DNA of 57,518 nucleotides, the filler included, from Basidioascus undulatus (Eukaryota): assembly GCA_000826855.1 (NCBI GenBank). It is 4 parts of 4 records of this genome, joined end to end, with 100 filler letters (N's around TTAATTAATTAA, not from the genome) between each part and the next. Parts side by side here need not be neighbours in the genome. Positions count along the whole stretch, not along the records: positions 28,855 to 43,173 come from JTLS01000742.1; positions 43,274 to 57,518 come from JTLS01000744.1; 2 more parts are not named here. The stretch is one strand, 5' to 3'. Of the stretch, positions 40,258 through 53,344 are shown one piece after another. Positions within the stretch are counted from its first letter, which is position 1. Each line of letters opens with the position of its first letter. Position numbers and translations under genes: made by a program. Under the pieces are notes generated by a model. That model was not told the DNA's origin, searched no databases, and was given only the letters and a program-made list of their open reading frames with translations.

Positions 40258-43173
40258 CTAGAGTACAGCGAGGTAAGCGCCGATGACCGGCCGGTGGTCA
40301 CTCCTGCCCTCGAGCCGGCGCATCTCGCGGTCCGACAGCGACGTGTACGACAGGCAGAGGACGTCGCCGCGCCGCGGGCCTGCGGGGGGCGCCGGCTCGC
40401 CGCTATGTTGGTGGGTGCTCTCGAACGAGGAGCTCCGGTGCGAGGTCGTGAGGAAGGCCGGTAGCGAGTGCCAGAATGCCCAGCGCGGCGTCCCGGACGC
40501 GCCGACTGGGGGCTTGAGGGGCGCGATGGGCGCGGAAGGTGAGGATGGGGCGTCTCCCGGGGTGGAGGCGGAAGCGGGAGCAGTGGAAAGAGGGACGGTC
40601 GATAAGCCGTCTGCGCCCGCCGTGGATGGTGGAGGTGTTCCGAGGGGTGTGGCGGGCTCGGACGACATGAGAGCCGAAGAAAGGAGTGGGTGGTCCGCGG
40701 CGTTTGGGCCGAGAGGGGAAGGAACAGCAGGAGGGGTAGAGAGCGGACTTATCCCGAGCGCGTTGTTGAGCGTCGCTGAAGGCGCGCCCGACGGCGGGAA
40801 CGACGGCGACGAGAACATGCCGGAGGAGTGAATGAAAGGGGCGGTGTTGGAGGACGTCGTCGTCGACTTGCTGCGCAGACGGGAAAATAGCTTGCGCCGC
40901 TCGCGGTGCGGCGTCGCTGCGGCCGCGACGGCGTTGAGGGATAGCGCCTGCACGTCGGCCGCCGGCGGGGTCCGCGTGCCTTCGAGGCTGGCTATGGAGC
41001 TTGGCGCTGGGGAGGCGGGGAGGGAGCCGGACCCGGGGAAGGGTGGGATGACACGCGAGCCTTGTCGGCTCGAGGTCGACGCGGTGAGGGAGAGCTCGCG
41101 GGAGCTTCTGTGTGAGGACTTGCGGCGGAGGACGTCGAAGAGGGCGGAGCCGAACTTGGAGAACTTGCGGCTTCGGCCTGATTCGACTGGCTCAGGTTCA
41201 GGTTCTGGTTCGAGCGTCTACGGGGTGACGATACGTCAGCGAAGGGACGACGGCATTAGTGTGTCGAAGCGACGCACCGATCTCCACAATATGCGATCGC
41301 ACCAGCTCGGCACGCGCTGCTTGGGAGACGAATCGAACGGCTGCGGCTCATCTTTAATCTCCTCCTCCAGCATCTCCGCCGAGTCGCCCGAGTCCTCATC
41401 GCTATAGCTGCGATTCAGGTACGCCAAGCTCTCCTTCAGGCGCTTGGAGAGCCCGCGCTTGAGCGGGGGCGGTGGAGACCGGGGCGAGTGCGCATGGGCG
41501 AGTGTGTGCGGGGACGGGCGGGGGATATCGAGAGAGGACGTCGACTTGAGGGGCAGGTGCGGGGGCGCCGCGGGAAGGGGCTGGGAGACGCGCTTCTGCG
41601 ACTTGGGCGTTGTGAAAGAGGGGGACGGCGACTTTGCCGAGGGTAGACGCGGGCGCACGAGGCTCTTGAGCGCGTTCTTGGCCTTGTCCACCGCCTTGTC
41701 CACCTCGCTCACGAGGCTCCGGTCGAGCTGCTGCGCGTTGCGCTCCGCCTCGCGCAGCGCCTCGTCCTCGTCCTCGTCCTCGTCTTCCGTCGGCGCGTAC
41801 ACCGACGAGCGCACAGAGTTCCACGTGGACGAGACGATCGAGGACGCGTCGTTGTCGGCGTCGAGTGGGTCGTCCCGCACCGAGTCGAGAGACTTGCGCG
41901 AACTCGCCGGCACGTCCGACTTGCGGCTGTCCATCGACTTGCGTCGGCTCTGGCGCGAGCGACTGCGCTTGAGCGTGTGCAGGACATCGTATTTGAAGGT
42001 CTGTCAACAGCCGATCATGACTCAGATGCCGCCTTGGGAGTTTGGAAGATTTCTACGACGCACCGGAGGGAAAGCGATCTCGGCCTCGTGGAAGCCCTGG
42101 AAGCCCTCTCCGGATTTCATGACGCGCCGAAGCTGATCGAACTCTGCCACGCCAATTAAATGCATCAGCCAAGTCTGTCCCTGGGTGCCTGAGCGCAAGC
42201 AGCGTCGTACCCAAAGCTTGCTTGTATTCCTTGTTCATCATGAGCCAGTCGGCGTGCTTCCGCGTGCTGCAGTCGCGTCCGAAAGTGCACACCGTCAGCC
42301 ACGCCGTATCATTGAGAAAGAGACAAGCGACAGAACAACACGCACATATCCACACGCATGTTGAGGTCGCCCATCAACCAGGTGAAGTCGAACCGCTCCG
42401 ATACATCTGTGCGACCATGCCCCAGCGTGAGCTTGCGCCGCCAGCCATGCCTGCGTTCGTTCCTAGGAACCCCGCACGTACCTTCACACAAGTTCCTCGG
42501 GTCGCCCGCAGGTAAAAACGCGTCGACGCCTAGACAAGCGCGAATCTGTCCCGCGCGCAAACCAACACCATCAGCCATCCCATCTCTTCTCTTCCTCTCC
42601 TCTTCCTCACAGTACTCCACACGCACCTTCTCCATGTTCTCCAACCGCGCCGCAAGCCGATGCTCGTGCGCGGCAAGGTGCGCATTGACGAAGAGCAGCC
42701 GCGTCTCCGCGAGCTTGAGGGACACGCCGACTGCGCCCTTGTTGCCCAGGCGCCCGCCGAGAAGGCCGGCAGTGACGGACGCGGCGGAGACGCCGCCGAT
42801 GAGGTGCTTGCATCCTTTGTAGACAAACACGGCGCTGTCCCGACCCCACGCAATCTCGAGATAAGCAAACGCGCATGTTGATGGGGGAGGAGAGAGAGGG
42901 AGGGATGAAGCACGCACACATAGATCCCCAGCAACCTCTCCTTGGTCAGAAGCTCGTACGGGCCCGAGCCGACCTTGCTATGCTTCGACAGCCCGCGCTC
43001 GAGCTTGGAGCTCTTCGAAAAGTGGCGCTTCATAAGCTGGGGTTTGACAGGCGTTGTGATCGCGGGCGTGCTCCCGGCAGTCGAAGCGCCCGCACCTCCC
43101 GAGCCGCTGCTGGAAGTGGATGAAGAGGGCAGCATGGACGGCGCGCTCGCGGGCGGGCGGAGCTCCTCCATCG
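40258..43173 (-). CDS. Inositol polyphosphate 5-phosphatase, 5'-truncated by contig end
   Basis: RLGNKGAVGVSL, LLFVNAHLAAH, FDFTWLMGDLNMRVD, FDQL, FHEAEIAFPP|TFKYD, KQRVPSWCDRILW, SDHRPVIGAY; stop at 40258-40260. Confidence 0.92.
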
Positions 43174-43273
43174 NNNNNNNNNNNNNNNNNNNNNNNNNNN
43201 NNNNNNNNNNNNNNNNNTTAATTAATTAANNNNNNNNNNNNNNNNNNNNNNNNNNNNNNNNNNNNNNNNNNNN
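43174..43273. other. Artificial contig spacer
   Basis: N44-TTAATTAATTAA-N44. Confidence 0.98.
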
Positions 43274-44698
43274 CCGCTCACGCTCGCGCACCTCCGCGCG
43301 CTCCAGGCCGCGCTCGAGCACCTCGCGAGCGCGTACGAGCAGCACGCCCGCCCGTACCCGTTCTACGACCGCCCGAACAAGGCGGACGTCAAGCGTGCAA
43401 GGAGGAAGCCCGTCCCTGGCGCAGAGGAGGACGTAAGGAGGGTCAGGAGGAAGCCGGCCCCGGCGCAGGCGCTGGAGGCGGGCGCGGAGGATTTGGTTAG
43501 ACTCGGGTTTGGAGCGCTCGGGATGGGGAAGGAGGTGCATGTCTTGCAGGTTGATATGCCTGTCCGGCAGGAGGTGCGTTTCTTTCTTTCTTTCTTTCTC
43601 TTCCTCGCAACGCTCGGATCCTAGGGGCTCACGAGAAAGCTCGGGCCTTTCCCTCTTCAGCACGCTCCTCCCCCGGCTTTCCAACCCCAGCCGGCGCACT
43701 ATGCCGTACGCTCCCTCTCCAACAACGACGCCGAGCAGCGTGTACGTGCCCGTTCATCCCTAGTAGCATCGGGCCATGCAAGCTGACGCTTCCTCATCCC
43801 GGACCGGACACACAGCGCACCCTCCCCCTCAGCGACTTCGCCCCTCTCCCGCCCACGGGCGGTGCGTCCCCGCTCAGCGACAGCGACAGCGACGGGTCGA
43901 TGTCCCCCGAGGCCCCTACGCACCCCTCCCGCGCGAGCACGCCCATCTCCGTGTGTCCCTCCCCCTTCCCTCCTGCTCATCCTCTCCTCTTCTCTTCTCT
44001 TCTTCCTCTTCGTACTTCACTTCATGCTAATACCTCCTCCCCCCAACCCACAGCCAGCGACCCTCGACTCCCTCACCTCCTCCCTCTCGCGCTCGCTTTC
44101 CCTCAGCCCCTCCCTCTCTTCCTCCCGCTCCCGCTCCTCCAAAGCCTCCCACCGCCTCTCTACCTTCTCCCTCTCCGCCTCCCTCTCCAAGCGCTCCACT
44201 TCCTCCCTCCGCTCCGCGTCCCCTTCCCGCTCCCCCTCCATCAAGTCCAACTCCTTCCGCCTCCCCCTCCGCCGCCCCGCCCCGCCCATTCCCATCCGGC
44301 GCTCCAGCGTCGAGACCCCCGTCCACGCACCCCCGATCCCGGTCCGCCGCTCCAGCATCGACGCCTCCGCCGCGCTCTCCACTTCTGTCCCCACGCCCAC
44401 CATCCCACCGCGCCAGTCCAGCATCCACCACCCCAACCACGTGCACTCCGCCTCCACCTCCTCGTCCTCTACCGGCACCGCCGCGGGCTCGCCAGCGTGG
44501 TCCGAATCTGACGCGTCGTCCGCTTCGTCCGTCGAGGCGAAGACGCCGACCGCGCTCGAGTTCGGCGTCGGACTCGGCTTTGCGGGCGTGGGGCGCGCGG
44601 AGAAGTGGGTTGCGCAGCAGGAGCAGGAGCAAGGGATGGGGAAGGGGAGCGGGGGGAGAGGGTGGATGGAGCGCATCGGCGCGCGCGCGGGGCGTTGA
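43274..44698 (+). CDS. 3' part of a Ser/Pro-rich low-complexity hypothetical protein
   Basis: GC-rich frames (LQAALEHLASAYEQHARPYPFYDRP...; SLSRSLSLSPS...PPIPIRRSS..PPIPVRRSS..PTIPPRQSS...*) separated by GT..AG introns with pyrimidine tracts; stop TGA 44696-44698. Confidence 0.6.
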
Positions 44699-47600
44699 TG
44701 ACATCTAGATGATTGATGACTTTCCTTCGCTACTTCCTTCCGTTACACCGAAATGCCACACTCATACACACACATACATTAACGATCCCCCTCTCCCCCT
44801 TGCTCGCTTTCCGCAGTTTATCGTTTGTTGTATACCCCTTGTATTATTTCCTGTTCTGCTTCTGTTTATTGACGAAAGATTTTCGTTTACCCACACGTTC
44901 TGGCGGGCTTGATCGCACGCTTCGTTCGGACGACCTCCTTGTTTGCTTTTTGAGCGCAGGCTACTAGATGCTTCGACTCATGATGGGGTTTGGATATGCC
45001 TTTCACTTCGGCCGTTCGCGTGCTGGCTTATTTGCCTGTTCGCCACCGACTACACTGGCTGCTTTCATCTCTGCTGCCTTGCTCTAAAGATGATAAGCGT
45101 CGCGCGTCACACGCTTGGGCGTTACTTGAGGTCCGTTCAGGCTTCATGACGCGATGGACTTGCACCTCCTACGTAAGCGATGTTGAGAAGGAGGGATGAT
45201 ATGAAGCGCTAGGTGATAAGGAGAGGACGTGGCGGGGGTAGCATCCAGAGGTATCTTCTGGGAAAAGGAGGTGGACGTCTGTGCGAGCTGCGATTACAGT
45301 GTTGTCTTTCACTGCGGAAACAGGCAGGTCTCACTTTCCTTCTTTAACTGGCTCTCGTCTCCTTTCTCATAAGGAGTGCGGACGAGGGACGAAAGCTTGA
45401 TGGGGCGGCGGGAAATTAGCCTCGCAAATGCATTTGGTCCTGATTGAACTTGAGCAGCGAGCCATGCACTCATCGGCGCGCGTTTGGTTTGTGAGATGAA
45501 AAGTATCTCCTCCCGATTGAGGAGGTGAAGAGGTGTTGAGGCTGCAGAAATGGAAATTAGAGGCGATGGCATGCAACGGGTGAGAAAACAGCTGCGTGCG
45601 AAAGTGAGTGAGTTGGATGGTGTTTCAGTTCCTGTGTTGTACGTGAGTGAGCGTGCGATCGGGAGGTGCGGATGTGCTCGAACTCGTCTGCGACCTTCCA
45701 CGCATTGGACTGAGAAGATGAAAGACTTTTTTGTGAGCTCTCATATTGCGCTAAGAGATGCCCCCAGCCCATGCACTGGCGCGCGGTCAATTTCGGCGTC
45801 GAAGAGGACAGTACGGCCCCAGCTTGGACTGCCTGCCTGTGCGGTGAGGACTACAGTCCTGAAGTCGAGCCTGCTATAATATATTCAGCTGAGCTTTGCG
45901 TCTCGAGTACCTTGCCGTTTGTGGTTTCTGACTGGCACAGACATCCTTTGGGATGTGAGGACTGAGATGATAGCAGGGCCGAATCACTCAGCTCGCCAAT
46001 ATCCGACTTGCCCAGCTCTAGTTCGCCTGGAATGAATAGATAGAAGCTTGTTGTGGTGGGGTAAGATGGAAAAGCCAACGCGTGACGGTTAGGTGTTGGT
46101 CACAACCTGGACCTGTCTGGCTGCCGACCGCCCAAAGTCGCACTGTTTGAGGACACTTCTCCATTGAATGGTTCCTCAAATGTATGTATAATCTGACAAC
46201 TTGATAAGGGTGCCATATCTACTCTCGACCCTAGGCTGCGTACTTGAGCGTCAAGACGCCGAAGCATGTTGGTCGACAAGGTAGTTTACCTGAGACGTCT
46301 TCTCAGGCCTGAGGGTAGAGAATATTTGGTCTTAAAGTTTCTGATCACGTTGAACCGGGCAAGTGTCCCGCCGGTTGTCTTTGAGGCGTAACTTCGTGCA
46401 GGGCTTTCGAGCAGACCGGGGGTACCAAATGCAAGGCGTCCCGCGGCGGTGCAATGTTCAACAATGTGGTAGAAGTTTTCATTCAACAGGAGCTGACCAT
46501 TTGAGAAACCCCATGTACGTCTACAGACGAAATGTTCTTGTCCGTGTTGCGTAGAGTGGCTAGTAATTCGATGTCCGGTGGCTGTTGTGGCGCTAAGAGA
46601 CTTATTGCGCTCTTCTTGGTATGGTCTGATGTACACTTCTATGTATGACCTGACAGTAGATTCCCAATCGGAGAGAGAGAAGACCTTTTTACTGTATGTG
46701 TAAGCTGATCTTTGCCTTCCTTTTACCCTCCTCTCGAACGCGATCGCTGTTACCCGTATACAGCTTGAGCGCTGCTGTTCTTTCACAGCTTATCATGATG
46801 CTCGACCGGCGTCCCATACTCCACTCCCGCGAATCAAGGTGAGTAGCTGCCATGGACCGGTTGATCCCTCACTCGAAAGATAAGAACCCCTCCGCCGTAC
46901 CCCACTGGGGAAACTGCGCCTTTGACTTCGGTGCTCAAGGCTGTACTCACTATCAGCGTGAACTCACCGAGAAGACGTGCCATCGAAATTCCTGCTGCAC
47001 TCGCGTTTTCTGGTGCCTGCGACTCACTCGTCAGGGCGGTGCTCCAAGGTGCTGAGTAGCAAGACCAGCACGCACATCCGTTTCATTGCTTTCGACTCGC
47101 TGAACGAGCGTTCTTGTGACATTCGTGTGGCCAGAAATTTCAACGAATATTATTTCGCTTCATCAAGGAAAAGGGGGAGGGGCGGTGCACGCCAGCGGAA
47201 GCATTCGTGAGCGTTCAAACGCCAATCGCCACCTGGACGAGCTAGTCCACCGGCACAGCTCCTACCTCTACCCTTGTCTACCCCCATCATCCTCTCCCTT
47301 CGCAAGTGAGAACATTAAGCCCCAGCTTAAGAGCGCACTCGGAAAAGAGGTGATTAGAGACGGCTCTGGCACGCGAGTAGGAGTGCAGACGGCACAGCAA
47401 TCCCCTCTGCCTCCTCCCCGCCTCCTATAGAAAGGGTCATGGGTAGGCGCTCGCTCCCTTACACAGCCGCCGTGGTCGATTTAGAGCCACGGCCAGCTGG
47501 AGCCTATGACAATCCGTGTTACTTAGGCGACTGCTTGAACCCGACCTTTGTTCCGAGTGCGCTCGCCTGGCTTTCTGGACGACACACTCGTCCCACTTCA

Positions 47601-48446
47601 ACCTGGTTACAGCGGAGATATGCCAAAGGTAAAAGACCATCTTTGTCGGACTCTGCATCTTAAAACTTGACTAGATATCGCAACAGGATGCTGCACTCGC
47701 TTTCAGCTGTGACGGTCGCCATACCGTTTGGTTTACCTACCCAACCTGACCCATGCCCTTTAGCAGCCCCTCTTCTGAATGTCTGATCATCTTGGCGTTG
47801 CGAGAAATATTTCGATGTGCCGAGTACAGGTCAAGAGGGCTGGCGTCCTTGGCGGAGCCTGATATCGCTTTCGGTCGAAAGGGTTCTGAGGAGCTCAAGG
47901 CCGCTACTGTATTCCACTTACTCTGAAGGCAGCGACTTCAACGCCCGGCGACCTCCAACACCTCGCCTCCATCCTTTGCGCGTATCTCTCTTTGCTTTGC
48001 GTTCGAGTGATGTTCATCCTCTTTGCATTCGTTGCTTATCTGCCATGTTCAAGTTCAAAATTCTTTACATACCTTCAAACGTCTATGTGGCGCGTTGACA
48101 TTGAGCGTGGGTGGCGGCGTGCGTGCAGAGGCGCCAAGCTCCCCTGAGGCACCAGAAGGCTTGGGCGTTGTGGCATGGGCCTTTCCGACCGATGCTCATG
48201 CGCTTCAACAGGCCGGCGTTGAGTCCGAGGACAATTGCCCCTTGCCAACAACTCTCATCACCTTCTTGTCGCTCTCATATATCCTCCCTCCGCTTCGAGA
48301 CATATCCGCTCGTGCGCTCGCTTGCTCGGCAGTGAGCCAAGCATTGAATCGCAGAGACAAACACACACACTCTCCCGACCGGCCCCTTTTCCAAGCCTTC
48401 CCCTTCGCTATCAGCCCGACTCTCGTCTCCTCTTGCGGCTCTCAGC

Positions 48447-51400
48447 ATGTCCCGGTTCACGGATCAGACCCGTTACAGCGACGGCGGGAGTGCGTCGAGC
48501 CTACTCGGCACGCAGGTGAGTTTCACTGTCTTTCGAGGAGCGCCGAAGTGATGGCGCGAATATGGATATATGGAATGGAGAGAGAATAGACCATGCGATG
48601 CGGGTTGGTGTCTTTGAGGCTGCATGCTGAGAGTGGTCTTTCCACACAGAATTCACGAAAGGCTGCATATGGGGCATCACCCTTCGGCTCGCCTAGCGCG
48701 AGCGAGAAGTTCAGCATGTCGCCCGATCCCCTTGCGTGGGGCGGTGCCGATTCTCAACCTGAGCCTGATGACTACCTTCGTGCGTCGCTGTCGGATCTAT
48801 GCGACTGCCAGAAGACGCGAGGCTCACTTTCAGCTGCTGGCGTCTACAGACAATCCTGATCCTAAGCGGGACAGGTCAGAGCTGCGAAACGCGGGAAAGT
48901 CTGTCAATATGTACTGACGCTGGCTCTCTCTTTCGCTCCCTGCAAGCAGGAAATCTGATCAAGGGGGGACGATGTTCACCATGCGTGGTCAGTAACGTTC
49001 GAATAGTGCGACCGAGGAGTTAATTACCAATGCGTTGCTGTTCAGGCTTAATGAACTTGGGCTGCTTGGCCATTCTCGCTGCCGCCCTCATAACCCTCTT
49101 GTGCGTCTTCCTTTTCTATACGCCGACGTCGTGTCTCCTGACATCGACCCGACGACGCATAGCGCTGGATATGTAGGTTGCCGATCCGCTCGGCTATTCC
49201 CATAATACTGACAGGAGTGTTTTAAGCCTATCATCACCTATGTCTCCCACAAGCGTCAGGGTACCTCCGGGGGTTACAACTTAGGTGGCATCAACTCGAC
49301 GGGACAGATAGCCTACATCGAGCACGGCCGAGTGCGTACATGTGAACTCCCCGGATCACAGTACGACATCTCCGCTAAACTGCTCGAATCAGGGCCTGAT
49401 CGACCCCGAAACGCCCAAATCTGCATGGACCCGGAAGGGCTTCGACGGCCAAGACTAGTATTTGGTCGCGCAACTTCTCTGATCTCTCGCTTTGCTTACA
49501 TCTTTCATTTCACAGCGAGCTTGTCTTCTCCGACGAGTTCAACACGGATGGGCGGACGTTCTACCCAGGTAAGTGGAAGGTAGCTATTCCGCTCGCGCTA
49601 TTGCCTCTGACGGTGATGGTCGGCCGCAGGTGACGACCCGTACTGGGAGGCTGTTGACCTGCACTACTGGTGAGTCTCCATCTATAACCAAGCGTCGAAA
49701 CGACACCCCGCTTATCAGCATTGAAACAGGGGCACGAACAACCTGGAGGTCCGCTACCAACTAACGCAGCTCAGCCAGCGCTTCACTGACTGTTCGAAAT
49801 TGTTAGTGGTACTCGCCCAGGCAGATCACGACGCAGGGTGGCTCTCTCCGGATCAGCTTGGACAACATCGAGTCGCATAACCTAGTACGCACTCCCCTTC
49901 CTCCATCTTTGGTAGATGATGTGCTGACGTCTTTCTCTGCAGAACTACGAGGGAGGCATGATGTCCACCTGGAGTGCGTGCAAAGTAGTTCAATTCTTCC
50001 TCGAGTTAAGTTGACACCTTTCGCTGCTTCACAGACAAGTTCTGCTTCACCGGGTGGGTTCTGGAAGAGCTTATTTATGAAATCCAGTCCAATATCTGAC
50101 ATCTGTCTCTAGTGGCTACTTCACCGCGTCACTCGTTCTCCCCGGCTCGTCCGACGTGTGAGTATTGAATTTTTTCTTTCTGAAACAAAAGTGGCATGAA
50201 TTGAACGTGAGCTATTGCCTCGCCTAGCTGGGGTCTCTGGCCGGGTACGCATCTTTTTCTGTACCCAGCATTGATTGGGGACTGACGAGTATCGCATTTG
50301 CCCAGCGTGGTGGAGTATGGGGGTAAGCTAGGTGAACCTGCTCTTTTGTGTCCAAAATTCTTACAGCGTCTGGCAGAATCTTGGCCGTGCTGGCTATGGT
50401 GCCTCGCTGGACGGCATGTGGTTCGTCTGCTGTCCTCTGTGTCGATCGTGTTTCCACCGGCTGACGGCTACGTTTTGCAGGCCATACTCTTACGATAGTT
50501 GCGATTACGGCGTACGCTTTTTCACGCTTGTGCGACTGGGAACTTCTTGCTGAACTTGGTGTCCTCAGACGCTCGCCAACCAATCTTACAACGGTCGGCC
50601 TGCGACGGCTTTCACCACCGGCGACCCCGGCGACATGTACAAGGGAACACTCTCCTACCTTCCCGGCCAACGCCTGTCCCGCTGCACTTGTGACGGAGAG
50701 GTGAGCGAAACGGTTGCCGGGCTCTGCGCTCAGCCACACCGCAGCTCACTTTTCCTTTTGCTCAGGTTCACCCGGGCCCGAAGCACGACGACGGCACGTA
50801 CTGGGGACGTGCCGCACCGGAAATCGACGTGATTGAGGCTCAGGTTGACCAGTGGAGCCGATCGGGTCACGTCTCCATGTCCGGACAATGGGCACCGTGC
50901 GTCGATTAAAACCTACTCCAGTAAATGTCCCGTCCATCTGCTCACGCGTTAACATCCCAGGTTCAACGCGCACTACCAATGGTTCGTTTGAAGGTTAGGG
51001 CGTGCACAACGCGACCGATCTCACGCCCTTTCCACAGGCTCAACACGACCGACAACTACCACATTTGTGCGTCCTTGAATTCCGAAAACGCTCGACAGAA
51101 GGGCTACCTCGCTAAGCGCTGTTCATTTCACAGATAATCCGTCAGTCCACAGCTTGCGGGCGTCGTAAAAATATTACTAACTGTTCATTACCATAGTGAC
51201 ATCGACCACATGAACGTAAGCCTCGCTGTGATCCTTCTCATGAATGGCACTGACATTCGTGCACCGCAGACCTATCTGGGTCCGTAATGTTTTCAGGCTG
51301 TTCTCTGCGCCTGCCGAGCTGACCTTGCTTGCGACTGCAGGTGGTGTTTATCAACAGTAAGCCTTCCAACCCTTCCAAGCCTACGTCCCGCATAGCGGTA

Positions 51401-52693
51401 CTCAATCACTTTTTCGTCTTCTCTTAGGGCGTCGAGTGCAGTCGTGATGACAAATCAGGACTGCTACCAGCACAACACAGGCTGCTACGAGGAGTGCGTA
51501 TCGGCTTTGCCATTGCTTGCGCTCAATTCTGATCATTCTTGGACCGCAGGTACGGCGTGGAGTATGCGCCGGGCACGGACGGCTACATTTACTGGGCAAT
51601 CAACAGCGAGCCGCGTTGGATGGTCAAAGGTACAGTCCGGCATCGCCACATACCGTATGATTATGCTGAGACCGCCTGTTGTAGCTGCCGGACTGGGTCC
51701 CGACCCGATCGTAAACATCTCCGCCCGTCCGGTGCCCTATGAACCGGTACGCATTATCGATTTTGGTGCCCGTCCAGGTCAGTTGTCTGACCTCTTTCTC
51801 GCAAACAGATGGCAAGCGGATGTCCCCTACTGGAACACACGTCTTAGTGCTGACTTCAGCATTCACCTTCAGTACCTTCTTCTCGTACGTGATCTGAGCT
51901 TCAACGGTGAATTCATGTACTGAATTCCTCGCCCGAACAGAACCAGGGAATTTCCGAAAAGTAGGTCGTAGTCGGGAGCGGGTGCTGGGCAGAGCTTGCT
52001 GACTCGCTTCCGCAGCTTCGGAAATGTCGCATACGGACTGCTGGCGGAGCAATGGGTACTCTGTCTGCCTGAAGCGCCCAAACGCTCACTTGACTGACCA
52101 GAGGAACACGAGGGCAGCCGACCGTGATGTCGGTTGATTGGGTTCGGTACGTCTGACGAGATTCAAACTTCCCCCCCAACCCAACTCAACGTTGCTCTTC
52201 CCGTACAGTGTTTACCAACCCGTCGACAAGCGTAACATCGGGTAAGATAGCTTAAACCTGACGCTTCATACACCACATCATCAGCTAACCTCTCACCGCC
52301 TATAGTTGCGACCCTCCCGGTGCGGTTGCTGCCCTCGACGCGCAGTCTGAACTTGTGCTGACACCAAAGCCTGCTTTTAGACTTCCCCACGGCGGCCTAC
52401 ATTGCTCACTATCCCGAGGCGTACACCGTGCGTAATGCCACTTCCATCTTCTCGTCTATTGTTCATTCTAGCATCCCCGCAGAACCCGAACATGACAACG
52501 TGCGATCCTCCATCCCATGCATCCCGAGCCCCTCCGGATCATGCTTGCTGACGCTCAATGCCGTTCTCCACAGCTGGGAGCACTAGTACGTTTTTTCAAA
52601 CTTCCTCAACGGTTGTTCTTTGCTGACACTCATGCTGCCGTGTACAGTGGGCAGACATTCCCGCGGAACAGCATCTTGGACGGGTGCGATTAA
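48447..52693 (+). CDS. KRE6: KRE6/SKN1-family beta-1,6-glucan synthesis-associated GH16 protein (~41 exons)
   Basis: Spliced motifs EPDDYLHNPDP, GLMNLGCL..(TM)..[151 protein letters not shown]..GCD*. Confidence 0.93.
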
Positions 52694-53270
52694 CTTACTT
52701 ACTTTCCTCTCACTCTTTCATGGACTCTTCCGCATTCATGTACTGGAGCAATATCTTCCGCAACTCATCGCATTTCCCTGGTCGCATTGACACCGATCTT
52801 GCGATGCGTGTCTGCTGCTGCGTCTGTTGGATATCGGCAATACGTCGGGCAGCGCCGGTTCCATGCTTGATGCGTCCCTTGGCGTATCTTTCGGGGCCTG
52901 AATATCTCAACATGGAGCACAGGAGGCATCCTCCACGCCCGAGGTGTGGAGTTCACAGCGGCTGGTGAAGGTCAGCACCTGTCCGTGCAGCCCAGTGTGG
53001 TACCTCCCCGTCATTATTCCCTAACTCTCAATTAATGCCCCGTCCTCTCATTGGCAACCCAGACCGCAAAGCTACTAATTGCTGACACTTCACCATACTC
53101 GCAAGCGTGCATTGCGTAGGAGAACATCCCTGCTCTCAGTGAAGGCAGCCAGCCCACTGCCGGCGTACACCGCGCAGTACTTGGTCTTGCGTTTGCCGCC
53201 AGCGCGTCGGCCACACTGCAAAAGTAGCACTACCACTGTATGCTGAAAGACAGTATCAAGACAAAAGATT

Positions 53271-53344
53271 TGGCCACTGCAGGGGTCGAACCTGCGACTT
53301 TGGAGTTATTAGCTCCACACTCTAACCAACTGAGTTAAGCGGCC
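53271..53344 (-). tRNA. tRNA-Ile (anticodon AAU), intronless
   Basis: GGCCGCTTAACTCAGTTGGTTAGAGTGTGGAGCTAATAACTCCAAAGTCGCAGGTTCGACCCCTGCAGTGGCCA. 7-bp acceptor stem, anticodon arm TGGAG/CTAATAA/CTCCA, GTTCGA T-loop, discriminator A, downstream TTTT. Confidence 0.95.

Noticed and set aside
47560..47680. FLDDTLV...MPKVKDHLCRTLHLK as a copia-like reverse transcriptase remnant
   Set aside because: Only a vague match to YVDD..K..L; no other RT, RNase H or integrase motifs and no LTRs nearby.
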